A stretch of DNA of 64,000 nucleotides from Candidatus Babelota bacterium (GTDB lineage Bacteria > Babelota > Babeliae > Babelales > Vermiphilaceae): assembly GCA_029262555.1 (NCBI GenBank), contig JAJCZE010000016.1:25129-89128 (forward strand). The letters are read 5' to 3'. Shown here one piece after another: positions 1 through 8,402 of this stretch. The translations under genes and the position numbers were made by a program. Each line of letters starts with the position of its first letter. Within the stretch, counting starts at the first letter, position 1. Below the pieces are notes generated by a model. It ran no database searches, was not told the DNA's origin, and was given only the letters and a program-made list of their open reading frames with translations.

Positions 1-1
1 T

Positions 2-1513
2 GAACCAAAAAGCAAATACGATACCGATTTTAAACAAACAAAAAAGCTCTTTACGCAGCCAGTCACCCTCTCATTACAGGCAACTGTTTCTGATCCTTCT
101 TTGCAAGATGCAACGCTTCATTTGGCAACCGTTTCACGATTGAAAAAAAATCAGCAATTTCAATTCCCACTCCATTTTAAAAACGCACTCACTTTTCAAA
201 ACAACGACTCGTTGAATGAAATAGACAACAGTCCTGCGGTATCTGATGCCATTAACACAGAATCGCAACGAACGCTCAGCTTTCAAGAGCGACTTTTATT
301 ATTATTTACAGAAACTGAATCGTGGTGGATTCGTTTGGCATTAGCGCTTCTTTTAGGATTCATTTTAAGCTTAACTCCGTGCATTTATCCTATGATCCCG
401 ATCACCGTAGGAATTTTACAATCACAAGGAAGCAAATCGATCACTCGTAACTTTTTCATAGCGCTTACCTACGTCTTTGGCATCGCCACTACATTTGCCA
501 CGCTGGGAACAGCAGCAGCATTGAGCGGTAGAATGTTTGGAAGCTTTATGCGTAATCCAATCATCATTCTTACTATCGTCGCGCTTCTTGCTTATTTAGC
601 CGGATCAATGATCGGATTGTATGATCTGTATACGCCTCGCTTTATGCAAGGTTCAAACAACCACACCGTTAAAAAGGGATCTTTCTTTTCTATCTTTTTA
701 TTTGGAGCAGCGAGTGGCACTGTCGCATCTCCCTGCATATCACCCGGTCTTGTATTGCTTCTTTCTATGGTAACCGCCCTTGGAAACACTGCCCTTGGCT
801 TTATACTTCTTTTTTTCTTTGGCATTGGACTCGGAATACCATTACTTATTATTGGTACCTTTTCCGGATCGCTTCGTGTACTACCACAAGCAGGCACATG
901 GATGGTAAGCGTTAAACAGTTTTTCGGTTTTTTTATGCTAGCGACGTGTCTCTATTTTCTTGGCACTATCGTCCCCGCATCAATCATCGGATGGCTGACA
1001 GTGCTTTTAAGCGGTAGCGTTGGATTGTTTTATCTTATCAGTGCAAATAAAAGTTCTGGCATGGGTCGTTTGATTCAAAACCTACTGGGAATTGCCGCAA
1101 TTGCTTTATCAGTATACCTTGCATTTGAAGCATACAAGAAAACAGATCTGTATCTTGCTGGATCTCAGCACACTGATATTTGGCTTTATAATTATGATGA
1201 GGCACTTGCGATCGCAACCGCTCAAAACAAAAAAATGTTTATCGATATTAGTGCACCATACTGCTCAATTTGTAAGGCAATTGATAAAAAACTATTTTCT
1301 AACGAGCGCGTGCAAGAAAAACTCTCAAATTACGTCACCGTGAAAATTGAAGATATTGAAGAAAATGAGACTACGCTTGCACTACAAAAACAATTTACAG
1401 TAATTGGAGCGCCCACTATACTTATCTACGATCCAATTGCAAAAAAAGAACTCAAACGTTGGGGTGGAGAACTTTATGAATTAAGCCCTGACGAATTTAT
1501 TGAAACACTATAA
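2..1513 (+). CDS. dsbD: Thiol:disulfide interchange protein DsbD-like (5' end lies outside the window)
   Basis: This frame is open from nt 2, with no stop before the listed TTG at 101, so the gene continues upstream of the window. The polytopic membrane core carries the two Cys-Pro motifs typical of the DsbD/CcdA electron-transfer domain (LTPCIYP, SPCISPG). The C-terminal domain is thioredoxin-like with a CxxC motif (APYCSICK). Confidence 0.85.
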   Translation, partial: EPKSKYDTDFKQTKKLFTQPVTLSLQATVSDPSLQDATLHLATVSRLKKNQQFQFPLHFKNALTFQNNDSLNEIDNSPAVSDAINTESQRTLSFQERLLLLFTETESWWIRLALALLLGFILSLTPCIYPMIPITVGILQSQGSKSITRNFFIALTYVFGIATTFATLGTAAALSGRMFGSFMRNPIIILTIVALLAYLAGSMIGLYDLYTPRFMQGSNNHTVKKGSFFSIFLFGAASGTVASPCISPGLVLLLSMVTALGNTALGFILLFFFGIGLGIPLLIIGTFSGSLRVLPQAGTWMVSVKQFFGFFMLATCLYFLGTIVPASIIGWLTVLLSGSVGLFYLISANKSSGMGRLIQNLLGIAAIALSVYLAFEAYKKTDLYLAGSQHTDIWLYNYDEALAIATAQNKKMFIDISAPYCSICKAIDKKLFSNERVQEKLSNYVTVKIEDIEENETTLALQKQFTVIGAPTILIYDPIAKKELKRWGGELYELSPDEFIETL

Positions 1514-1528
1514 CAAGAGGTTGCATAA

Positions 1529-1867
1529 ATGAAGGTTGCACTACGCATTATTTTTTTTCTTTGCCTGTTTACTCTGGGAATCTTGCAAGTTACTCACGCA
1601 TCCGAAGGCAACCCGTTGCAAACATTTATAGAAAGGTTGAGTGAAATTGGTATTGGCTATAATGAAGATCCATGCCTTCCCCTTAATCCAACCGAAGATG
1701 GATTGACAGCTGCACGTCAAAGACTTACCGCAATGCGAGGCATATTAGGACAATATGACAATCCTCATTGCTACGTTCGATCTTATATGGACGCTCTTAT
1801 TATTGGACAAATTGCAGTAATTCACTGGATTGAAGCAGCGTTGGCAGAAAATGAGTCTGATGAATAA
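1529..1867 (+). CDS. Hypothetical secreted protein
   Basis: AAGAGG RBS just upstream of the ATG. Hydrophobic signal-like N-terminus (ALRIIFFLCLFTLGILQVTHA). No family recognised. Confidence 0.6.
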   Translation: MKVALRIIFFLCLFTLGILQVTHASEGNPLQTFIERLSEIGIGYNEDPCLPLNPTEDGLTAARQRLTAMRGILGQYDNPHCYVRSYMDALIIGQIAVIHWIEAALAENESDE

Positions 1868-1873
1868 AGAGCA

Positions 1874-2224
1874 TTAGCGCTGTTTTTTAAATTCATCGTG
1901 ACGGCCTGCTTGCTTGCGATCGTCATTCATTTTTTTCTTTTGCTCTCGCAATTGCTTATACATCGTATCAATCACGCGATCAATGCAGTCATACAGATCT
2001 ACGCCCGTTTTTTCATAATTTGAAATACAATCAAAGTTCGGTGATTTTACGCGCAATTCAACAAACGGATGTTCGCGCACTTTCGAAGCTTCGAGAATCA
2101 TATCAATATAGATTGGTGTTGGTTCTGATTCGAGAAATGTTTCTATTTTTTCAAGTTGCTTATTTACGTATTTCTCCATTGGAGCTGAATGCTCCATCTT
2201 TTTGAACGTAATTCGTTTATGCAT
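1874..2224 (-). CDS. hpf: Ribosome hibernation promoting factor / ribosome-associated inhibitor (short HPF/RaiA form)
   Basis: About 116 aa with the S30AE/HPF-like pattern (MHKRITFKKMEHSAPMEKYVNKQLEKI...VELRVKSPNFDCISNYEKTGVDLYDCIDRVIDTMYKQLRE) and a basic tail. I prefer the ATG at 2224 (GGAGA RBS 6 nt upstream) over the TTG at 2236. Confidence 0.8.
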   Translation of the reverse strand: MHKRITFKKMEHSAPMEKYVNKQLEKIETFLESEPTPIYIDMILEASKVREHPFVELRVKSPNFDCISNYEKTGVDLYDCIDRVIDTMYKQLREQKKKMNDDRKQAGRHDEFKKQR

Positions 2225-2300
2225 AGCACTCTCCAATAATTATCATTTTTCATATAACTATTAGTTAGCAAGAATGGCTTTGAAATCACAAGATATGAAA

Positions 2301-3638
2301 TTATTTTTTATCAGGGCGCTTTTTGCGTAATACAAACTTAATAGGAACGCCTTTAAGATCTGCACTCTTACGTAAAATCCGCTCAAAAAAACCAAGCTGA
2401 CTCGGGCCAAACCACTTCGGCTCACCAACAGTAAGCGCAATCGTAATCGGAGCAGTTTTAACCTGTTCTGCGTGATACACAATCAGTCGCTGCTGGGCGC
2501 GATAAAGCGGCTTTGCCTGTAATGCTTCTTTAAAGAGCACAAAAAGCTCTTCGCCAGAAAATCGCTGATGATATCGATCAGAAACAGCCTCAATTTTTTT
2601 AAGCAAGCGTCCAATATTTTTCTTGGTGAGTACAGAGGTGCGTATCTCTTCTACTTTATCTAAAAAGTAACGATACTCTTCAAGGCTGAATTCAAGATCA
2701 TGCTTTGCCTGCTCATCAACTAAATCATCTTTGTTATATAAAACAATAAGCCCTTTGTAGCGCTCTTGAAAGATATAAAATGCAAGTTTGAGCTCTTGGT
2801 CTACAATCTTTCCAGCAGATGCATCCATCATTAAAAGAACGATATCGGCATCATCCAAACTGGCTAATGCACTCTTTACCATAAGCTTTTCTACCGGCTC
2901 AGTAACGCCACGCTTTCTTCTAATACCAGGCGTATCGGTTATCTCGATAGTTTCTTGAGAAAAATGCATTTCTTCTTTGATAGCTTCTCGAGTAGTCCCT
3001 GGCATATCGGCAACAATCGCACGATCTTTTTTGAGCAGTAAATTTAAAAGCGAAGATTTACCAACGTTTGGTTTACCAAGAATTACGACATTGCATTTTG
3101 GCTTTTTCTGCTCAACTATTTTTTTTGGTGCAGGAAGAAGCTCTAGAATAGAATCAAATAAATCCGCTATGCCAATACTGTGTTGCGCTGAAAGCGGAAT
3201 AATTCGCTCAAAGCCAAGTCGTTCAAATTCATACTGATGCTCTTTGGCAAGCTTAGTATCAATTTTGTTGATAGCAAGAATTGTTTTTTTACCTGCTTTA
3301 TGCAGCCAGCGAGCAAGTGAGCGATCCTCTGGCAAAATTCCAATCGTTCCATCACATACAAAAATAACAACATCCGCATCATGCACTGCAGCAATTGCAC
3401 GAGTACGTACTTGCTCTGCAATATAATCTTCAGTAATTTTTTTAATGGCAATGCCGCCAGTATCTACAAGCTCAAATGTGCGATCTTTCCATGATACTTT
3501 ATCAATAATCACATCGCGGGTTACACCAGAATAATCGTAAGTAATACTACGTGCAGACTCAGAAAGACGATTAAAAAGAGTTGATTTCCCAACATTCATT
3601 CGGCCAACAATGGCAACGATAGGTAATGTTTTCTTCAT
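2301..3638 (-). CDS. der: Ribosome-biogenesis GTPase Der (EngA)
   Basis: Two tandem GTPase domains, each with a P-loop (GRMNVGKSTLFN and GKPNVGKSSLLN), DTGG/DTPG and NKxD motifs, and a C-terminal KH-like domain. The start codon overlaps the dnaX stop by 1 nt (TAATG). Confidence 0.95.
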   Translation of the reverse strand: MKKTLPIVAIVGRMNVGKSTLFNRLSESARSITYDYSGVTRDVIIDKVSWKDRTFELVDTGGIAIKKITEDYIAEQVRTRAIAAVHDADVVIFVCDGTIGILPEDRSLARWLHKAGKKTILAINKIDTKLAKEHQYEFERLGFERIIPLSAQHSIGIADLFDSILELLPAPKKIVEQKKPKCNVVILGKPNVGKSSLLNLLLKKDRAIVADMPGTTREAIKEEMHFSQETIEITDTPGIRRKRGVTEPVEKLMVKSALASLDDADIVLLMMDASAGKIVDQELKLAFYIFQERYKGLIVLYNKDDLVDEQAKHDLEFSLEEYRYFLDKVEEIRTSVLTKKNIGRLLKKIEAVSDRYHQRFSGEELFVLFKEALQAKPLYRAQQRLIVYHAEQVKTAPITIALTVGEPKWFGPSQLGFFERILRKSADLKGVPIKFVLRKKRPDKK

Positions 3639-5398
3639 TATTTTACGCTCACAATTTCAGTAATAGTGCCAGAAAGATGTGCTTTAACCATATGCGCAAC
3701 TGGCCATGCAGTTGCATCAGACGTATCAATTGCACGCTCATTAGTAAAAATGCGCACTTGTGGGCGCGCAGAGCGTTTTGCAAATCGATTTGGTTGATAA
3801 TTATTTTTTTGTACTGGTGCAGGAGTTGGCTTTTGTGATGGTTCAGGGACCGGCTGCGATTTCATTCGTTGCGCGGTACGAACTCCTGATGGCGTAACAG
3901 CAGCGTTTTGGCCAGTAAACAATGGTTGAAATACCACTGAAGATCCAAACTGTTTTTGCAGTAGCGGCATCCATACATTTTGTGCGTTTTCAATCCACTC
4001 TTTAAAAAAGATAAGCTCTTTTGAAAATTCAACCTGCAGCGTATTGTTTTCGAACAGCTTAACCGTGCCTTGCTGAAATACAGAGGTTATCAACGGATCA
4101 TCAAGTCCAGAAACAGAGTGTACAAACTTACCCCAAAGCCCGAGCCCTTCTTCTTCAATTTCTTGATCCTCTTGCTCTTCGTCAGATGATTCATCACCAT
4201 CCTCAAATTCATCCGAAAGTGGTTCCACTGTCGCTGCTACCTGGCTAGACGCAGATCCTTCACCGTCCGGGCCTGTTTTTTTCACAAGACTACATAAAGA
4301 AAGTAATACCATTTCAAGCACATCATGCTTTGAAGTTGTTTTAGAAAAGAGCAATTCTCGATCATACATACTACGCATAAATCGAGTAAGCTGCTGCACT
4401 GATGATGCTTGAATCATTTTCTTGATAACATCAACATGTTCAATAAATTGATCCGGCGTTACGCCATACTTAATCCATAACGCAGCGCGAGTAAGCTCTA
4501 GTAATCGCTGCCAAATTAAAGGCGCTGCATACTGATGCCACTCAAGTTTTTGAATAAGTTGTAATACTGTTGCTGCATTGCCAGAAAGCGCTGCCCTCAA
4601 TAGTGCAATGATTGCCACATCATCCATGCGGCCAAGCATCTGAGATACTGCAGCATGTGTAACCTGTTTGTTAGAAAAACGAACCGTTTCAAGTAAGTTT
4701 AATGCATCTCGCACGGATCCTTCAGTCTGTGCAATGATGTGATACAATCCCGCATCATCATAATTAATCTGCTCAGACTCACAAACACGCTGAAGTTGCT
4801 TGAATAAAATATCTTTATCTACAGATCTGAAAAAAAGTTGAAAACATCGAGAGCGAACCGTTTCAATAATTTTGTGCGGATCGGTTGTTGCCAGCATAAA
4901 AATAACGGAGGCTGGCGGCTCTTCTAATATTTTTAAAAGCGCATTAAATGCCGCTTTACTCAGCATATGCGCTTCATCAATAAGATAGATTTTTTTGCTA
5001 CCCATAAGTGGAAGCAAAGATGCTGAATCAATAAGCATACGAACATTATCTACCCCAGTGTGCGATGCGGCATCAATTTCAATGAAATCCGGATGCCTGC
5101 CATGCTCCATGGCAACGCATGATGCACATGTTTGGCACGGTACAATGTGCTGTTTGGGATTTGATTGAAACTCAGATAAGCTCATGCAGTTTAATGCGGC
5201 TGCAAATACTCGAGCAGTACTTGTTTTACCACATCCACGCTGACCAGAAAATAGATACACTGGGAAAAATTGCTGCAAAAAAAGACTATTCTTAAGCATT
5301 CGAACGGAGGTCTCTTGACCAACAATCGTTTCGAATTGCTTAGAACGCCATTTGCGAGCAAGATTTAATTTGATCTCACCCATATCTTCCCCAATCAT
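3638..5398 (-). CDS. dnaX: DNA polymerase III subunit gamma/tau
   Basis: AAA+ clamp-loader motifs are present: GQRGCGKTSTAR (Walker A), a CxxC zinc module (PCQTCASC), YLIDEAHMLS (Walker B) and VRSRCF (sensor). The C-terminal tau region is long, with an acidic low-complexity stretch (DEFEDGDESSDEEQEDQEIEEEG). An alternative start (MGEIKL) lies at 5383. Confidence 0.93.
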   Translation of the reverse strand: MIGEDMGEIKLNLARKWRSKQFETIVGQETSVRMLKNSLFLQQFFPVYLFSGQRGCGKTSTARVFAAALNCMSLSEFQSNPKQHIVPCQTCASCVAMEHGRHPDFIEIDAASHTGVDNVRMLIDSASLLPLMGSKKIYLIDEAHMLSKAAFNALLKILEEPPASVIFMLATTDPHKIIETVRSRCFQLFFRSVDKDILFKQLQRVCESEQINYDDAGLYHIIAQTEGSVRDALNLLETVRFSNKQVTHAAVSQMLGRMDDVAIIALLRAALSGNAATVLQLIQKLEWHQYAAPLIWQRLLELTRAALWIKYGVTPDQFIEHVDVIKKMIQASSVQQLTRFMRSMYDRELLFSKTTSKHDVLEMVLLSLCSLVKKTGPDGEGSASSQVAATVEPLSDEFEDGDESSDEEQEDQEIEEEGLGLWGKFVHSVSGLDDPLITSVFQQGTVKLFENNTLQVEFSKELIFFKEWIENAQNVWMPLLQKQFGSSVVFQPLFTGQNAAVTPSGVRTAQRMKSQPVPEPSQKPTPAPVQKNNYQPNRFAKRSARPQVRIFTNERAIDTSDATAWPVAHMVKAHLSGTITEIVSVK

Positions 5399-5504
5399 TA
5401 CAGTAGTAAGTGATGCATTCAGATTGTGAAATGTGAATGCGCGATTATTTCTAACACGTGCGTCATAGATTCATGAAATCGATCAGAACTGTGACAATTA
5501 AAAA

Positions 5505-5590
5505 GGAAAGTAGATACAAAAATAACAATACGTCTGCTGCTTTCTTTCGAACCTGACAGGGTATGTATCGCATTCCTTATCTACTTTCCC
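5505..5590 (-). ncRNA. ffs: Small (4.5S-type) signal recognition particle RNA
   Basis: The minus strand reads GGGAAAGTAGATA...CCTGTCAGGTTCGAAAGAAAGCAGCAG...TATCTACTTTCC followed by TTTTT. The central segment matches the conserved SRP domain IV (E. coli GGUCAGGUCCGGAAGGAAGCAGCC), here with a GAAA tetraloop. The ends form a 12-bp terminal stem. It sits directly upstream of dnaX, as in Bacillus. Boundaries are approximate. Confidence 0.7.
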
Positions 5591-5709
5591 AATTTTTATT
5601 TTCCGACTTGAATCCGCGTCGACCCAATGGTCCATCTACGCCTATAGCAGCTTCGGACAATCTTGCGCAAATAATGGCAAAGCCAGACGAAGCTCGCAAG
5701 AGCGAAGAC

Positions 5710-5801
5710 TGGTGGAGAGAGAGGGATTCGAACCCTCGATGCCCCTTTCGAGACATACATGATTTCCAATCATGCTCCTTCGGCCACTCAGACACCTCTC
5801 C
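5710..5801 (-). tRNA. tRNA-Ser (anticodon GGA), CCA encoded
   Basis: The minus strand reads GGAGAGGTGTCTGAGTGGCCGAAGGAGCATGATTGGAAATCATGTATGTCTCGAAAGGGGCATCGAGGGTTCGAATCCCTCTCTCTCCACCA. I can see the acceptor stem, the anticodon loop T-T-GGA-A-A, a long variable arm (class II tRNA) and the T-arm GAGGG/TTCGAAT/CCCTC. Confidence 0.9.
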
Positions 5802-5832
5802 AAACCGATGCATATTTCAATTGAATAACAAT

Positions 5833-6759
5833 TTACTCTGCTTTTTTCTCTGCAGATTTTTCCGGTTTGGATTCAGCAGCTTTACGCGGAGCTTTCTTTG
5901 GCTTCTCTTCAGCTTTTACTTCTGGAGCTACTTCTTTTTTCGCCGCTTTTACTGCGGGCTTTGCTGATGCAGCTTCTTTTTTTACAGCAGTCTCTTTCTT
6001 TTTTGGCTCTGCTTTTACTGCTTTTTCAGGAGCAGTTTCTGCAGTCTTTTCTGCTTGTGCAGCTTCTTTTTTAACCGCTTTTAGCTCTATGCCTTTTTCA
6101 ACTGCTTTTTTAAGGTAATCAACGATAACGCCAATAGAACGAGGTGCATCATCGTTTGCAGGAATAACGTAATCAACCAAAGATGGATCTGCGTTGGTAT
6201 CTACCAATGCAACAACAGGAAGACCTACGCTTACCGCTTCTTTCAATGCTGATTGCTCTCTATTTACATCAACAATCACAACAGCTCCGAGAGGCCATTT
6301 CAATGACTTAAGACCACCAACAATAGCTTCTAAACGATCAGCGTTTTTGCGAATCGAGTTTAGTTCTTTTTTTGTATAGTTTGGGTAGCTTTCTGATTTG
6401 CTTACAACATCTTCAAAATGAAGAAGCTTTGTTACAGACTTTTTAACTTGTCCATAGTTGCTTAATGTTCCGCCAATCCAACGGTAATCAACATATGGCA
6501 TATCAAAAGAAACTGCAGCCTCTTTGATAATTGCACGTGCCGGCTTTTTAGTTCCAATCCATAGAATTTGCTTGCCTTGCGCTGCAACGTCTTGTAAAAA
6601 CTGTGACGCTTTTTCTAATTGATGTGCTGTTTTTGATACATCAATTAAATGAACTTTATTCTTAACGCCCCAAATATAGGGATCCATTTTAGGTACCCAT
6701 CGAGATGCTTGGTGGCCAAAATGAACGCCCGCTTTAACGAGCTCTTTAAAATCAATCAT
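5833..6759 (-). CDS. rpsB: 30S ribosomal protein S2 with a roughly 75-aa Lys/Ala/Glu/Pro-rich C-terminal extension
   Basis: N-terminal S2 signature (GVHFGHQASRWVPKMDPYIWG) and conserved core up to about aa 230. The rest is a low-complexity tail (KKEAAQAEKTAETAPEKAVKAEPKKKETAVKKEAASAKPAVKAAKKEVAPEVKAEEKPKKAPRKAAESKPEKSAEKKAE). Confidence 0.95.
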   Translation of the reverse strand: MIDFKELVKAGVHFGHQASRWVPKMDPYIWGVKNKVHLIDVSKTAHQLEKASQFLQDVAAQGKQILWIGTKKPARAIIKEAAVSFDMPYVDYRWIGGTLSNYGQVKKSVTKLLHFEDVVSKSESYPNYTKKELNSIRKNADRLEAIVGGLKSLKWPLGAVVIVDVNREQSALKEAVSVGLPVVALVDTNADPSLVDYVIPANDDAPRSIGVIVDYLKKAVEKGIELKAVKKEAAQAEKTAETAPEKAVKAEPKKKETAVKKEAASAKPAVKAAKKEVAPEVKAEEKPKKAPRKAAESKPEKSAEKKAE

Positions 6760-6857
6760 GAGATCCTTTCTCTAAAGCCATACGGTAACTATAGGTAAAA
6801 GTATACCGTAATACAGCAATAATTCAACGTTTTATACACTGGGAAACCTACGTGTGG

Positions 6858-8291
6858 TTATTCCCCAGAACCAACTCCATCGAGGCCAATAACCTCGTTT
6901 CGAGCCACAGCTCGATCAAATCGCCGCCCTAATAGTAGTGCGACTGCAAACCACAACGCTACCACGCCAGCAAAGAAAAATGAGTGTGCCGGCAAAGAAA
7001 GCGCAGGGCCAAGGTGTGAAACAAAAATATTAAAGGTAGATCCCCCGGCTTTTGCAAACTTACTTCCAAAGGCATCTATCCATGATTTCGACTTAAATTT
7101 AATAGCTTTAATTGTTGGAATATACAAGCTTTCTCGGACCGGCCACGCAAACGCATAGTTTACTGTTTTGAGTGCAATAAAGGCTGCAATCAGCGCTGAT
7201 GGAGTTGTTTCTACCATTAAATAGAGTAACAACACCCCACTCAATAATGGCACCAACATTAAGCACGTTCGCTCTCCAAGGCGCTTCATCAGCGTACTTG
7301 TTCCAAAAAGAGACATGAAAAAACCTGCAAGGTGTACAAAGAAAACCATTTTAAATAACGAAGCACTCACTGCTGCTATATTGTGCGAATCCGCTTGAGC
7401 TACGCCAATTCGCAAATAACTCAACACCGTAGCAATCACTTCGTAAAAATAAATCATACCAAAAATACCTAGTACGTAAGGATACTTTAGCAAAAGAACA
7501 AGCCCCTCCCACATACCAGTCTTCTCTTCTACCTCTTTGCCTTCAACTTTATCTTTGCCTTTAACTTTTTCAGCTTTGTATACCGCCTCATATCCATGCA
7601 AGAAACGACCGCCCACAGTTCGCATTAGAAAATAAACAACAACCGGAACGAGCAAAAGCATAGCAGAAGAAAAACCAAGAATCACTTGATGCACCCAAAC
7701 ATCTTCTGGCGAACCAAATGAACAACTCACATCACAAGCAACCTTTGCAAGCAAATACCATGCAAAGCCAGCACCCACCAAGCCGCCAACCTTTGAAGCC
7801 GCCACCATAAATGGATAGTTGCGACGTGCGCCTTCTGGGCTTGAAATAGAGTTAGCAAATGCCCAAAACACACTCACTACAAAGGGAGAATACCCTTCAA
7901 CAAAAAAATAAAACAGCCATCCAAATAAACGATACGGAGTAGAATGAGTATTTGAAAGCCCAACGGTAGAGCTTCCAAGGAGATAGGCAAACAGAAGCCC
8001 AACAATGCTAAATAGTGCACTATAAATCATGAGAAGCTGATAACGGCGTACCCGATCAACCACGAGCGAATATAAGAAAATTGCAGGAACAAGCACAAAC
8101 ATAGAAAGAATTTTTGCAAGCGGAATATAGTCTTTGCCAATGATACTTGCAAACACAGAATCTTTGAGCTCTTTTGCAATAGTATATCCGCCAATCACAA
8201 AGAAAAATGCGATGCTTAAAAAGACAAACTTTAATCGCTCTTGAGTAGCATCGCTCTCAATATCACCAAGATCCCTATTATCTAGCCCCAT
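6858..8291 (-). CDS. ntt: ATP/ADP (nucleotide) translocase, NTT/Tlc family, copy 1
   Basis: Polytopic membrane protein of 477 aa. The FWAFANSISSPEGARRNYPFM segment resembles the FWGFAN...AKRFY signature of Rickettsia Tlc, Chlamydia Npt and plastid AATP transporters. It is a paralogue of the adjacent gene. Confidence 0.88.
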   Translation of the reverse strand: MGLDNRDLGDIESDATQERLKFVFLSIAFFFVIGGYTIAKELKDSVFASIIGKDYIPLAKILSMFVLVPAIFLYSLVVDRVRRYQLLMIYSALFSIVGLLFAYLLGSSTVGLSNTHSTPYRLFGWLFYFFVEGYSPFVVSVFWAFANSISSPEGARRNYPFMVAASKVGGLVGAGFAWYLLAKVACDVSCSFGSPEDVWVHQVILGFSSAMLLLVPVVVYFLMRTVGGRFLHGYEAVYKAEKVKGKDKVEGKEVEEKTGMWEGLVLLLKYPYVLGIFGMIYFYEVIATVLSYLRIGVAQADSHNIAAVSASLFKMVFFVHLAGFFMSLFGTSTLMKRLGERTCLMLVPLLSGVLLLYLMVETTPSALIAAFIALKTVNYAFAWPVRESLYIPTIKAIKFKSKSWIDAFGSKFAKAGGSTFNIFVSHLGPALSLPAHSFFFAGVVALWFAVALLLGRRFDRAVARNEVIGLDGVGSGE

Positions 8292-8344
8292 AAAAGATAC
8301 CCTTGTTTATACGCCTAGCCATAACCACATATTTTTTAGACAAA

Positions 8345-8371
8345 GGGCCCTCTTTACAAAAAAGAAGGCCC
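8345..8371 (-). terminator. Possible intrinsic terminator between the two NTT genes
   Basis: Hairpin GGGCC-C-TCTTT / acaaa / AAAGA-A-GGCCC (5+5 bp with one mismatch). On the minus strand only TTTG follows it, so the U-tract is weak. Confidence 0.35.
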
Positions 8372-8402
8372 CTTAATTTCAAATTACGTTACACAATCAC
8401 AA

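Noticed and set aside
5563-6118. ORFs 5563..5967 (+), 5577..5813 (-) and 5867..6118 (+).
   Set aside because: They overlap the tRNA-Ser gene, the SRP RNA and the low-complexity tail of rpsB. Their translations are Phe/Ser-rich junk. The RNA genes and rpsB explain the region.
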